From NCBI GenBank assembly GCA_036676985.1, contig JAKFBU010000004.1, positions 1 through 64,000 of the forward strand: DNA of 64,000 nucleotides, in the 5' to 3' direction. A model generated the notes under the pieces. That model was given only the letters and a program-made list of their open reading frames with translations. It made no database searches and was not told the DNA's origin. Numbering within the stretch: position 1 is the stretch's first letter; each line of letters begins with the position of its first letter. The stretch comes from Candidatus Sericytochromatia bacterium (lineage in GTDB: Bacteria > Cyanobacteriota > Sericytochromatia > S15B-MN24 > UBA4093). The translations under genes and the position numbers were made by a program. Shown here piece by piece: positions 8,881 through 18,302 of this stretch.

Positions 8881-10593
8881 CTAGTACAGGCTGACACCGA
8901 CGTAGCCGGTGGTCTGCCCGGTGAGGAGGCCGGGGTTGAGTTGAATCGAGCTACCGGGCGTCCCGTCGGGACCGTCCATCAAGACCAGGTACGGCCACGA
9001 GTCGTTGTGATAGGGCTCGAACGTGCCGTTGCGGAGCGGCATGTCGTAGTCGATGGTTCCGATGAGGGTATCGCTCGTCATGTCGAGGAGCTTGGCCTTG
9101 ACCGTGAGGGCGGGAACGTCGAGGTTGAGCGCGAGGGTCCCCTCCAGTCGTAGCCCCTCGCTCAGATCCTCCAGCACGACGGCGAGTTCGCCGGTCTGGA
9201 AGGGCACGTACTGGCGCGTCGGTGGGGTAATACCGCCCTCGAGGCGGGTCCGGAACGTGCTGCGGTTGCCCTGGTTGTCCTTGAGCGACAGGGTCGCGCT
9301 GCCGACGGCCCGCGAGAAGGCGGTGTCGAGACGCACGTCGGCCGTGGCGGCCGCCGAGGGGATTTCGACCCGTGCAAAGCCATGCGTGGGCCAGTTGAGC
9401 GTCGGAAAGACCGGGGGGTAATATGAATAGAGGTTTAAGAGGCCCTTGACCAGGGTCGAGTTGGTGGCGTTGGCGAAGCCATCGATGGTGATCTGTCCCC
9501 CCGTCCCCAGCGCCTGGCCTTGCGGGTCGAAGCGCGCCTCGGCGCTGACAGCGGTGATCGTGTCCCAATCCGGCCGCTCGCCGGCAAATAGCCGCACGGA
9601 TCGGGTGGCAGGCTCACCGATGCCATCCAGAAGCCCCGTGAAGGCGCCCGTCAGGTAGGGCTCTTTGATCCAACTCGCCGTCACGTCCAGATGTCCCTCG
9701 GCCCGGGACTGATCGCCCGTGGCGCCCGCCGGGGCGAGGCCCACCGCGAGCCGCCGGGTGGCACCGGTCGGAGTGTAGTCGAGGCTTGCCGCGTAGCCGG
9801 GCCAGTACACCTTGACGGGGTCATGCCCTGATAGTTCGACGGCATAGCCCGCCCTCGCCGACGATACCCAGCGCTCGAGGGCGCCCGTCGGCGTGGACAG
9901 GGAGCGAGGCTCCGGCCAGGACACGAGGCCTGCGGCTCGCTGCAGGTCGTAGGCGTCACGACCGGCCTGCTGGAACATGGCCGTGGCAGCGTCTATGAAC
10001 GTCCGGGCCTCGCTGCTGGTGGGATAGCTAACCCAGTGGCTGAAGCGCTGGAAGTAGTGTTGAAGATCCTTGACGATGACGAGCTGGCGCTCGATCCGTA
10101 TCCGGAGGGTCGCATCGGACGAGAGCGTGAGGCTGACGCCGGTGGCCGTGTTGTGTCGCACGGGGACGTCCTTGCGGACGCCGCGCGCCAGGATGGTGTC
10201 GTCCCGGCGCGCGATGGCCTCGATGTCGATCACGCCGACGCCGGGATCGACCTTGAAGCTCACCGTGGATACGGGCGTCTCGCCAGCCGGTCGCTGGACC
10301 CTGCTGGTGTCGAGCGTCGTACCGTCCTTCTTGCGAAGCGTGATCTCGATCGACGTCGCTTGCTCGGGGATGGCCTGGGCACGGCGTGTCGCTGCGGGCC
10401 ACTGGATCATCATGAAGACGCGTCCGCCCCGGGTCGCTTCGCCTTCGGAGTTGTCACCCGCCGTGCCGATGGCCGTGGTCTCGCCAGCCGGGGACATGGC
10501 CATGCGTTCGGGCGTGGTGGGTGCGAGGCTGGTGCATCCGACCAAGGTGACGGCGAGCAGCAATTCCCAGCGCAGGTAGGGTCTGAGTTTCAC
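8881..10593 (-). CDS. Lipoprotein of unknown function (array member 2)
   Basis: GTG start with RBS gaggag; lipobox LVGC; MIQWP...RRAQAIP motif. Confidence 0.8.
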   Translation of the reverse strand: MKLRPYLRWELLLAVTLVGCTSLAPTTPERMAMSPAGETTAIGTAGDNSEGEATRGGRVFMMIQWPAATRRAQAIPEQATSIEITLRKKDGTTLDTSRVQRPAGETPVSTVSFKVDPGVGVIDIEAIARRDDTILARGVRKDVPVRHNTATGVSLTLSSDATLRIRIERQLVIVKDLQHYFQRFSHWVSYPTSSEARTFIDAATAMFQQAGRDAYDLQRAAGLVSWPEPRSLSTPTGALERWVSSARAGYAVELSGHDPVKVYWPGYAASLDYTPTGATRRLAVGLAPAGATGDQSRAEGHLDVTASWIKEPYLTGAFTGLLDGIGEPATRSVRLFAGERPDWDTITAVSAEARFDPQGQALGTGGQITIDGFANATNSTLVKGLLNLYSYYPPVFPTLNWPTHGFARVEIPSAAATADVRLDTAFSRAVGSATLSLKDNQGNRSTFRTRLEGGITPPTRQYVPFQTGELAVVLEDLSEGLRLEGTLALNLDVPALTVKAKLLDMTSDTLIGTIDYDMPLRNGTFEPYHNDSWPYLVLMDGPDGTPGSSIQLNPGLLTGQTTGYVGVSLY

Positions 10594-10611
10594 GGGCTAA
10601 CTCCTCGGCGA

Positions 10612-12168
10612 CTAGTTGACTGAAACGTTGGTCTGGGAGTCCCAGCGCAAGGGGATGCGGATCTCGGTCCGGAGCGCCGGCAATGTCCGGGTGGTGGCGA
10701 TGACGACGGCCGTGCCCTCGGGGGCCGTCGGAAGCGCCCGGACCGTTCCGTCGGCGTCCACCGCCACCATCCCGGGCGTCGAGGTGCTCCATGCGATGGG
10801 GGCCGCCTCGCGGGAGACGAGGTCGTCGTTCCATGTGAGCGTGACGTCGAGGGTGAGCGTGCTCGCATGGCCCAGGTTGTTGTCCCCTTCCTGGCTGCCG
10901 TCCGCAGGGATGTAGAGCTCGGGAGTTGCCGAGGGCAAGGCCAGTTGGACGGTCCGGACGCGCCGGGGAGTGGGTCGGAGTTGGATCGCAAGCTCTTGGG
11001 GCGTGGCCGAGCCGAAGGGGGGAGTGGCTCGTACCGTCACGACCCCTTTGACGGCACCCTCCACCGTGGCGAGCAGGCCGCCTGCGACCGACACCTTGCC
11101 CGCATTGGCCGAGTCGGGAAGGACCTCCCAGTTGGCCAGGGGGATTGTGGTGCCGTTGGTCAGGACCGTCTCGGCCGATAACAGCAGCGTGCCGGGATAG
11201 GCGGGATCGACGTAGCGCTTGCCGTCTCGCAGAAGGGGCAGGTACACGCTGTCGCTCGCCACCGGGCCGAGGGCGAAGCTCTTGAGCGTCGTCTCAGGCT
11301 TGGTGAGGGTGGTGTCGGCGGGTGGAGGGGACGGTGTCACCGTGGGGGGGCTCGCGTCCGCGTTCCCGCCCTCGCTCAGACTGTTGGTCGCATCAACGCT
11401 CGTTTGGGCGGCCGAGAGGGCGTCGAGGGGATCGGGGGAGCCCGAGAGCTCGGAGTCGATCTGCTTGACGACCGAGATGGTCTGAAGGGCGACCTGGATG
11501 TCTTCGGCCTTCGTCAGGTCCGTTGTGGCCAGGACGGCCGTCAGGGCCTCCGCGTTGCGGGTGAGGACCGTCTGGGTCGCCTGCATGGCTTCCTGCACCA
11601 TGGCCACGTCGATGCTCGCAAGGCTGTTGGTCCGGCTCTTTTCGAGGGTCTTGGTGACGAGAGTCGAGGCGAAGTTGAGGGTCTGGGTGGGCGGAGCATC
11701 CTTCTGCTCCTTGGCTACTTTGGTCAGGGTCCGGAACTCCTGCTCCTGGCCCCGGGCATCCTTGAACTTGGCGATGATCTTGTAGACCTTGTTCACGTCG
11801 AGCCGCAGGATCGCGCGCCCGCTGGCATCGGTAGTCCCGATGATCGTGAGCCCCCCAGTGGTGGGGATGGCCTCGACGCGCGCTCCGGCCACGCTGGTCT
11901 CGAAGGTGACGCTCGGATCGCTTGCCGCTACATGGTACCCTGCGGCCTGCTGCAGCCCCGCGTTGGCAAAGACGTTGGGTTGTCGCACCGTGATGGGGGT
12001 GTCCGAGCCGAGCGGCACGGGCTTGCTCGCTGCGGTCGGCTCGTCCTTTGCAGGGGGAGTGGGTCCCGCGAACATGCTGGGACAGCCAACGAGCGGCAGC
12101 GTGAGCGACAGAGCCAAGACGAGGTGTCGGAGGGGGTGAAGGCGCGAGTAGGGCGTCGTCGGCGGCAT
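10612..12168 (-). CDS. Lipoprotein with C-terminal Ig-like (Big_2-type) domains (array member 1)
   Basis: RBS aagga; lipobox LVGC; IAWSTSTPGMVAVDADGTVRA matches the Big_2 pattern. Confidence 0.8.
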   Translation of the reverse strand: MPPTTPYSRLHPLRHLVLALSLTLPLVGCPSMFAGPTPPAKDEPTAASKPVPLGSDTPITVRQPNVFANAGLQQAAGYHVAASDPSVTFETSVAGARVEAIPTTGGLTIIGTTDASGRAILRLDVNKVYKIIAKFKDARGQEQEFRTLTKVAKEQKDAPPTQTLNFASTLVTKTLEKSRTNSLASIDVAMVQEAMQATQTVLTRNAEALTAVLATTDLTKAEDIQVALQTISVVKQIDSELSGSPDPLDALSAAQTSVDATNSLSEGGNADASPPTVTPSPPPADTTLTKPETTLKSFALGPVASDSVYLPLLRDGKRYVDPAYPGTLLLSAETVLTNGTTIPLANWEVLPDSANAGKVSVAGGLLATVEGAVKGVVTVRATPPFGSATPQELAIQLRPTPRRVRTVQLALPSATPELYIPADGSQEGDNNLGHASTLTLDVTLTWNDDLVSREAAPIAWSTSTPGMVAVDADGTVRALPTAPEGTAVVIATTRTLPALRTEIRIPLRWDSQTNVSVN

Positions 12169-12327
12169 CGTCTTTCCTTTGAGCAGAAGGCTGGAGACGG
12201 TTCAATCAGGGTAGATATGATGCTCACATAAGCATATCAGACGATCATTTTGTTGTACATTTTTGCCGCGTGAAGATGGGGGCCGTTTGCTCTCCTTCCA
12301 TATGGTTGGCGAGGCCCGTTCATGCCA

Positions 12328-12357
12328 AATAAGAAGGGCCCCCCGTGGAGGCCCTTG
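12328..12357 (-). terminator. Intrinsic terminator after the ABC-F/PDZ-like pair
   Basis: Minus strand aagggcctcc-acg-gggggccctt followed by cttattt. Confidence 0.65.
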
Positions 12358-12384
12358 GTACTGGTCCCATCTCGGCTTGACGTG

Positions 12385-13176
12385 CTAGCCGTCCCGGTCC
12401 TTGCGGGGCTTGGCGCCCTGGCGCTCCTTGAGCTTCTTGGCGGCCGCCACCCGGCGCGGGTTGGGGACCGAGTGCAAGACCTCGCGTGCAAGCACCTTCC
12501 TGTCCTCCTGGAGGTTCTCACGCATGGCCGTGCGCCACGCGGGCAACTGCGCCATCACCAGCTTGTAAGAGGGCTCGCCCACGGGGATCGTCTCCCCGAG
12601 CTCGATGGCCTGCTTCCACTGCTCGCTGCGCGCATAGTGCGTCGCTTCCAGGGCCACCCGGGCCCAGGTCGACTCGGTCTCCTCGGGCCGCAGCTGCCCC
12701 GACGCCGCCAATGACGCCACCTTGAGCCACTGACGCGAGGCGATGAGGCGCTTGAGCCGGCTCTGCGGCGAGTCGACCAGGTCCAGGACAAAAGGACCCG
12801 CCACCCGCTCCTCGAGCGCGTCCTTCTCGCGGACGCCCAGGGTCACGAGCACCGAGCGCGCCTTGAACGCGCTCGAAAGCTCCCCTTTCTCCCACAGCTC
12901 CAGGGCGGAGACGCCGTTGACGTAGAGCACCCGCAGGACCCGGCCATCCGAGGCGGGCAGGTGCGCGAGGACCGCCGGGGAGTTGGCGTCCAGCTTGGTC
13001 ACCAGCAGGCTCTGCGGCGTGCGCGCCACGTGGATGCCGGAGTGCCCGAGCTCCACGGCCTGGGCGGCCGTGCCGAGGCCGAGGCACATGGCAAGGGCCC
13101 ATGCCGCGGCCAGCCCGCCGCGACTGACGAGGGGGGAGCCCCCGAGGGGCATCAGGCGTCGGAAAGCTCTAGCCAT
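12385..13176 (-). CDS. Exported protein with degenerate PDZ-like domain and helical C-terminus (start uncertain)
   Basis: Signal peptide ending AQA; GIHV...LLVTKLDANSPA...VLYVNG. Confidence 0.6.
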   Translation of the reverse strand: MARAFRRLMPLGGSPLVSRGGLAAAWALAMCLGLGTAAQAVELGHSGIHVARTPQSLLVTKLDANSPAVLAHLPASDGRVLRVLYVNGVSALELWEKGELSSAFKARSVLVTLGVREKDALEERVAGPFVLDLVDSPQSRLKRLIASRQWLKVASLAASGQLRPEETESTWARVALEATHYARSEQWKQAIELGETIPVGEPSYKLVMAQLPAWRTAMRENLQEDRKVLAREVLHSVPNPRRVAAAKKLKERQGAKPRKDRDG

Positions 13177-15050
13177 TCTTCCGTCAAAGCCTCATGCTGC
13201 GCGCGCGTCTCCTCGAAGTCGGCCGTCACGGCCGCCGCCCGCACGTGGTCCTCGTACAGGTCGGGGGCCGCGATGAGCGCTTCCAGGTCCGCCATGCGGG
13301 CTTCCAGCTCCGCGATCTCGGTCTCGAGGGCCTCGATCCGGCGCGCCCGCTGGAACGAGTTTAGCTTGGGCTTGGCAGGCTCGACTGTGGCCGTCGCACT
13401 CGTCCTGGGAGCCTGCGGCTTGGTCGGGATTGGCGTCGGATCGGCCTTGGGCTTGCCCGAGGCCTCCCGGTAAGCCGTGTAGTTGCCGACAAACAGCTGG
13501 CCCTGGCCCGCCTCCATGGCGAGCACATGGGTGGCCACCTGATCCAGCAGGTAACGGTCGTGCGAGATGATCAGCACCGTGCCCGCGAACTCGGTCAACG
13601 CCTCGGCGAGCATCTCCTTGGAGCCCAGGTCCAGGTGGTTGGTGGGCTCGTCCAGGAGGAGCAAATTTGCGGGGGACATGAGCATCTTGGCGAGGCACAG
13701 CCGGGCGCGCTCGCCGCCCGAGAGCTTCGCGACCGGCTTGAAGACGTCCTCGCCCCTGAAGAGGAACCGCGCAAGCAAGGAGCGCGTCCGCTCCAGGGTC
13801 CAGCCGTCCACCGAGCGGTACGCCTCGTCCAGCACCGACTGGTCCTCGTCGAGGCTGTCAGCCTGGTACTGGGAGTAGTAGGCCGTCTTGACGTTGTAGC
13901 CGTGGGAGAGGTCGCCGTCGTCCGGCTCCTCGACCTTGGCCAGCATGCGCATCAGGGTGGACTTGCCGCAGCCGTTGGGACCGATGAGCGCGAGGCGCTG
14001 CCCGCGCTCGATCTTGAGCGACATCTCCCGGATGACGGGCTTGCCGTCGTAGCCCTTGACGAGCTCCGTGGCCGTGAGCACCACCTGGCCGGAGGGCGGG
14101 GCGGGCGGAAAGCGGAAGTTGACGGTGTCGAGGACCGTGGGGGCCTCGAGGCGCTCGATCTTGGCGATCTGCTTCTCGCGGCTCTTGGCCTGGGTCGAGC
14201 GGGTGGCCGAGGCGCGGAACTTCTCGATGAAGGCCTGCTGGCGGGCGAGCTCCCGCTGCTGGCGATCGAAGGCGACGGACTGCGCGGCGATGCGCTCCTT
14301 CTTCTGCTCGAGGAAGGTCGAGTAGTTGCAGGCGTAGTCGAAGAGATCGGCCTGGTCGAGCTCCGTGATGCGGGTGACGACCCGATCCAGGAATCGCCGG
14401 TCGTGCGAGATCACCACCACCGTGCCCGGGTAGTCGCGCAGGTAGTCCTCGAGCCACTCGATGGCCGAGAGATCCAGGTGGTTGGTGGGCTCGTCCAAGA
14501 GGAGCAGGTCCGGCTGCAGCAACAGGAGCTTGGCGAGCATGACCCGCATCTGCCAGCCGCCCGAGAAGCTGTCCACCTGCCGGGCCCGGTCGGACTCGGA
14601 GAACCCGAGGCCCGAGAGCACCTTGCCGATGGTCGTCTCCGCCGTGTAGCCGCCCATGGCCTCGAAGGCCTCGGTCGCATGCGCCTGCTCGTCGGTGAGC
14701 CGCTGCAGCTCGGCGGGGTCCGTGGCCTTCGTGAGGGCGTCCGCGAGGTCGTGCAGCCGGTCGGCCTGGGCCGCCAAGGCGGCGAAGGCCGTCCACATCT
14801 CGGCCTGGAGCGTGCGGCCCGCGATCCCCGGCAGCTCCTGGGACAGGTAGCCGAGGGTCGCCTTGGGGCGCAGGAGGACGCGGCCCGAGTCGGAGCTCGT
14901 CTCCTGGAGCAGGATCTTGAGCAGGGTCGACTTGCCGGCCCCGTTGGGGCCGACCAGCCCGACCCGGTCGCCCGGACTCACGTGCCAGTCGACCTCGTCC
15001 AGGACCGTCTTGGAGGGAAAGTGCTTGGATACGGCGGAAAGGGTGATCAT
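13152..15050 (-). CDS. ABC-F family ATP-binding protein
   Basis: Two NBDs (GPNGAGKS, GPNGCGKS; SGG; LLLDEPTNHLD twice), no TM segments, C-terminal coiled coil. Confidence 0.95.
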   Translation of the reverse strand: MITLSAVSKHFPSKTVLDEVDWHVSPGDRVGLVGPNGAGKSTLLKILLQETSSDSGRVLLRPKATLGYLSQELPGIAGRTLQAEMWTAFAALAAQADRLHDLADALTKATDPAELQRLTDEQAHATEAFEAMGGYTAETTIGKVLSGLGFSESDRARQVDSFSGGWQMRVMLAKLLLLQPDLLLLDEPTNHLDLSAIEWLEDYLRDYPGTVVVISHDRRFLDRVVTRITELDQADLFDYACNYSTFLEQKKERIAAQSVAFDRQQRELARQQAFIEKFRASATRSTQAKSREKQIAKIERLEAPTVLDTVNFRFPPAPPSGQVVLTATELVKGYDGKPVIREMSLKIERGQRLALIGPNGCGKSTLMRMLAKVEEPDDGDLSHGYNVKTAYYSQYQADSLDEDQSVLDEAYRSVDGWTLERTRSLLARFLFRGEDVFKPVAKLSGGERARLCLAKMLMSPANLLLLDEPTNHLDLGSKEMLAEALTEFAGTVLIISHDRYLLDQVATHVLAMEAGQGQLFVGNYTAYREASGKPKADPTPIPTKPQAPRTSATATVEPAKPKLNSFQRARRIEALETEIAELEARMADLEALIAAPDLYEDHVRAAAVTADFEETRAQHEALTEEWLELSDA

Positions 15051-15076
15051 GGCTTGATCTTACCAGGAGGGACGGG

Positions 15077-15400
15077 CTAACTCCAGCCGATGCGGAGCTC
15101 GCCGCCCCGGCTCAGCAGCTTGACGTCCTCGATCCCCGCCGCCTGCAAGACCCGGATGGCCTCTGCGATCGCCTGGACCTTTCCGGCGTCGAGGTCCCGG
15201 TCCAGGGCCTCGACGGGAGTGGGCGACCAGGTCTTCTCGCGGGCCATGCGCAGGATCTCCTCGCCCGCAAGCCGCATGCCGGCCACGAAGCCGAGCTTGT
15301 AGCTCTCGAGGATGGGCATCTCGCCCAGGCCGGGAATCCCCTGCTCCATGAAGGTGAACTCCGCGGCGCGTTCAACGGCGTCCTTGTCCGTAAGGTCCAT
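15077..15400 (-). CDS. Hypothetical protein
   Basis: Host-like codon usage, purine-rich RBS, fills gap. Confidence 0.7.
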   Translation of the reverse strand: MDLTDKDAVERAAEFTFMEQGIPGLGEMPILESYKLGFVAGMRLAGEEILRMAREKTWSPTPVEALDRDLDAGKVQAIAEAIRVLQAAGIEDVKLLSRGGELRIGWS

Positions 15401-15540
15401 GGCTCGTCTCTTTCTAAAATGGTGCTCTGGGTTCTATTCCCCATGGAGCGGGTCATGAAGCGATCGCCACTAGGCCCGCCCGGGAGAAAGGCTTTGGCCG
15501 TGCGGTGGACGCTCCCTTCGGCTCGGCGTAGAATCAGGAC

Positions 15541-16911
15541 ATGAGCCTGTTCGACGACCAGATGTCCCTGTTTGCCGCCGCCTCGTCCGGGGCCGACGCC
15601 GGAGCGCCCCTGGCCCACCGGATGCGTCCCCGGACCATCGACGAGTACCTCGGCCAGGAGCACCTCCTGGCTCCGGGCAAGCCGCTCCGGCGCCTCATCG
15701 AGGCCGATCAGATCCCGTCGCTCATCTTCTGGGGGCCGCCCGGCTCCGGCAAGACCAGCCTCGCGCAGCTCATCGCGCACGCGACCAAGGCCCACTTCGT
15801 GCCCTTTTCGGCGGTCACGGGCGGGGTGGCCGAGCTGCGCGTGCTCATCAAGGAGGCCAAGGAGCGCCGCCGGCTCGGACAGCGCACCCTGCTCTTCATC
15901 GACGAGATCCACCGCTTCAACAAGGGCCAGCAGGACGCCTTCTTGCCGCACGTCGAGGACGGGACCGTCACGCTCATCGGGGCCACCACCGAGAACCCCA
16001 GCTTCGAGCTCAATAGCGCCCTCTTGAGCCGGGCGCGCGTGCTCACGCTGCAGGCCCTGCCGGACGAGGCCGTCACGAACCTCCTGAAAAGGGCCTGGAC
16101 GGACGCCGAGCGCGGCCTGGGCCGGGACGCCGCCGAGCTCTCCGACGAGTCCGTGGCGCTGTTGGTCGAGTTCGCAGCCGGAGACGCGCGCAACGCCCTC
16201 AACGCCCTCGAGACCGTGCGCGACCTCGAGGACCGCACGCCCGAGGGGATCGCGGCCGCCCTCCAGAAGCGGACCATGCCCTACGACAAGGGCGGCGAGA
16301 ACCACTACGACACCATCTCGGCCTTCATCAAGACGATCCGGGGCTCGGATCCGGACGCCGCCCTCTACTGGCTCGCGCGCATGCTCGAAGGCGGCGAGGA
16401 TCCCGTCTTCGTCGCCCGGCGGCTGCTCATCCTCGCGAGCGAGGACGTGGGCAACGCCGACCCGCGCGGGCTCATGGTGGCCATGGCGACCATGCAGGCC
16501 GTACAGGTCCTCGGCATGCCCGAGGCCCGCATCCCGCTCGCCCAGTGCACCACCTACCTCGCGAGCACGCCCAAGAGCAACGCCGCCTACGTGGGCATCA
16601 ACGAGGCCATGGCGGCGGTCGCGAAGCTGCCCGTCTATCCCGTGCCCCTGCACCTGCGAAACGCGCCCACCCGGCTCATGAAGGACATGGGCTACGGGCA
16701 CGAGTACCGCTACCCGCACGACTTCCCGGGGGCATGGGTGCAGCAGTCCTACTGGCCGGACGACATGAAGCCGCGCCGGTTCTATCGGCCGAGCGATCGC
16801 GGCGACGAGGCCCGCCTCAAGGCGCGCCTCCAGGCCCTGCGCGAGGCCATGCGGCCCGCCAAAGAAACGAGGGGCGGCACAGATGCCGCCCCATCGACGA
16901 AGCCCGAGTAG
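15541..16911 (+). CDS. rarA: Replication-associated recombination protein RarA/MgsA
   Basis: PLAHRMRP, WGPPGSGKT, FIDEIHRFNKGQQD, GATTENP, ASEDVGNADP. Confidence 0.95.
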   Translation: MSLFDDQMSLFAAASSGADAGAPLAHRMRPRTIDEYLGQEHLLAPGKPLRRLIEADQIPSLIFWGPPGSGKTSLAQLIAHATKAHFVPFSAVTGGVAELRVLIKEAKERRRLGQRTLLFIDEIHRFNKGQQDAFLPHVEDGTVTLIGATTENPSFELNSALLSRARVLTLQALPDEAVTNLLKRAWTDAERGLGRDAAELSDESVALLVEFAAGDARNALNALETVRDLEDRTPEGIAAALQKRTMPYDKGGENHYDTISAFIKTIRGSDPDAALYWLARMLEGGEDPVFVARRLLILASEDVGNADPRGLMVAMATMQAVQVLGMPEARIPLAQCTTYLASTPKSNAAYVGINEAMAAVAKLPVYPVPLHLRNAPTRLMKDMGYGHEYRYPHDFPGAWVQQSYWPDDMKPRRFYRPSDRGDEARLKARLQALREAMRPAKETRGGTDAAPSTKPE

Positions 16912-16917
16912 GGATCT

Positions 16918-17190
16918 TCAGCGTAGCATTTCATGCCGCTCGCCGACCGGTATGGTGGCCGGCAGGTGGTAGGCCTCCTCGATCTTGCGCTGCAGCCGGC
17001 GCAGCCGCGCCAACATGAACCAGATGTAGCTGGCCAAGCTCTGGTCGTCCGCTTCGAAGAACAGTTGGGCGGTATCGCGCACCTGGCGGCTGTGGACCGA
17101 CAGGTGCTTCGAATGTTCCTTCGCCAACTCCTCGAGCAGGATCTGTTCCGCTCCGTTGGCGGCCGGAAGGTAGTGTTTGAAGCTGCCCAT
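16918..17190 (-). CDS. Small hypothetical protein (90 aa) behind a structured leader
   Basis: Start re-called at MGSFK with RBS gaggtg; upstream sigma70 promoter. Confidence 0.6.
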   Translation of the reverse strand: MGSFKHYLPAANGAEQILLEELAKEHSKHLSVHSRQVRDTAQLFFEADDQSLASYIWFMLARLRRLQRKIEEAYHLPATIPVGERHEMLR

Positions 17191-17401
17191 CGCCTTCACC
17201 TCTTCGTGCAAGCGTCTCAGCTCGTACCCAAGCCCGGGCAGTGCTGAGTCAGCGCCCCTGGCGCACGAGTCCTCCGCGGTTCTGCCGGCTGTGTCGACGA
17301 CCGAGTGGGTCGCGCCTCTGATCAGGAGCGTGGCACGAGCGGAGGGAGGTCTGAAGGCGATGTTCCGGAAAGGTCTGGACTGACCTAGAGGTACTTTACA
17401 A

Positions 17402-17429
17402 AGTGTAACACTGGCGTTGCCCCTGTCAA
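17402..17429 (-). promoter_or_regulatory. Near-consensus sigma70 promoter
   Basis: TTGACA-N16-TACACT with extended -10 TG on the minus strand. Confidence 0.7.
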
Positions 17430-17571
17430 CAGGCTGCAGATCGAGAACAGACCCTCCAGGGTTGGTCAGATCGACCCGCTTCGGGGCCCCTGGGGACTTC
17501 AAACTCGCATGTTAGAATGGCCTGGCGAACGCTACCCAGTCTGCCCGGGGTAGCCTTTGGAGGACTCCACC

Positions 17572-18105
17572 ATGAAGCGCACCCTGATCCCGGCTGCGGC
17601 CTTGCTCTTGTCCGCCTGCTCGGGGCTGACGACCCCGCCCATCGATACGCCCCACTCCCCGTTTTCGGTGACGCTCAACCAGATGTCGGGGGGCAACTAC
17701 GGCTCGAGCGTCACCTTGCCGCTGTTCCCGCCCATTCCGAGCTTCCGCATGCCGGCTCAGGCCATCGACGTGCCGTCCAACGCCCGGAGCGTGAACCTGG
17801 CCTCGGCCGTGCTGCACCTGAAGCTGACCAACAAGATGCAGCTCCCCCTGACGCTGCAGCTCGCGCTCTCAAAGCAGACGGATCCCTATGCCGATCCGGC
17901 CTCGGCCCTCGGGGCGGCCTTCACGATCCAGCCGGCGGAGACCAAGCAGGTCGACTCGAACGTCGATCCGACGATCTTCAAGCAGGAGAAGGTGTACCTG
18001 GGCGTGACCTTCAGCAGCCCCGGCACGAGCCAGCCCGTGACGGTCTCGGGCAGCGACTCCATCGACGGCGAGGCGTGGGCGACGGTGCAGGTGAAGGTGT
18101 TTTAG
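17572..18105 (+). CDS. Lipoprotein, hypothetical
   Basis: RBS ggagg; MKR...LLLSAC lipobox. Confidence 0.8.
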   Translation: MKRTLIPAAALLLSACSGLTTPPIDTPHSPFSVTLNQMSGGNYGSSVTLPLFPPIPSFRMPAQAIDVPSNARSVNLASAVLHLKLTNKMQLPLTLQLALSKQTDPYADPASALGAAFTIQPAETKQVDSNVDPTIFKQEKVYLGVTFSSPGTSQPVTVSGSDSIDGEAWATVQVKVF

Positions 18106-18130
18106 TCGCTGCTGACCCAGCCAATTACGA

Positions 18131-18280
18131 CCCCCCCTTCCCCCCCTGCCTGCGGCAAGGGGGGCATTTTGCGCCCTGCTGCGCAGGGGATTGTGGGTGA
18201 GAAGCCCAACCAATCTGCCCCCGCCAGGGGGCCGTCCCTAGAAAAAGCCCCCCTTGCGAAGCAGGGGGGAAGGGGGGGGT
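18131..18280. repeat. REPIN-like doublet of C-run/G-run palindromes
   Basis: cccccccttccccccctgc..gcaaggggggc and its inverted copy gccccccttgc..gcaggggggaaggggggg about 80 bp apart, between convergent genes. Confidence 0.75.
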
Positions 18281-18302
18281 AACTTCGTTGCGACTCCTGG
18301 CG

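Noticed and set aside
12170-12330. Possible c-di-GMP riboswitch ahead of the lipoprotein array
   Set aside because: Contains GCAAA but not the paired GEMM elements; reads as terminator plus AT-rich promoter
16918-17502. 194 aa version of the small ORF
   Set aside because: Extension spans the sigma70 promoter and structured leader; best RBS is at 17190
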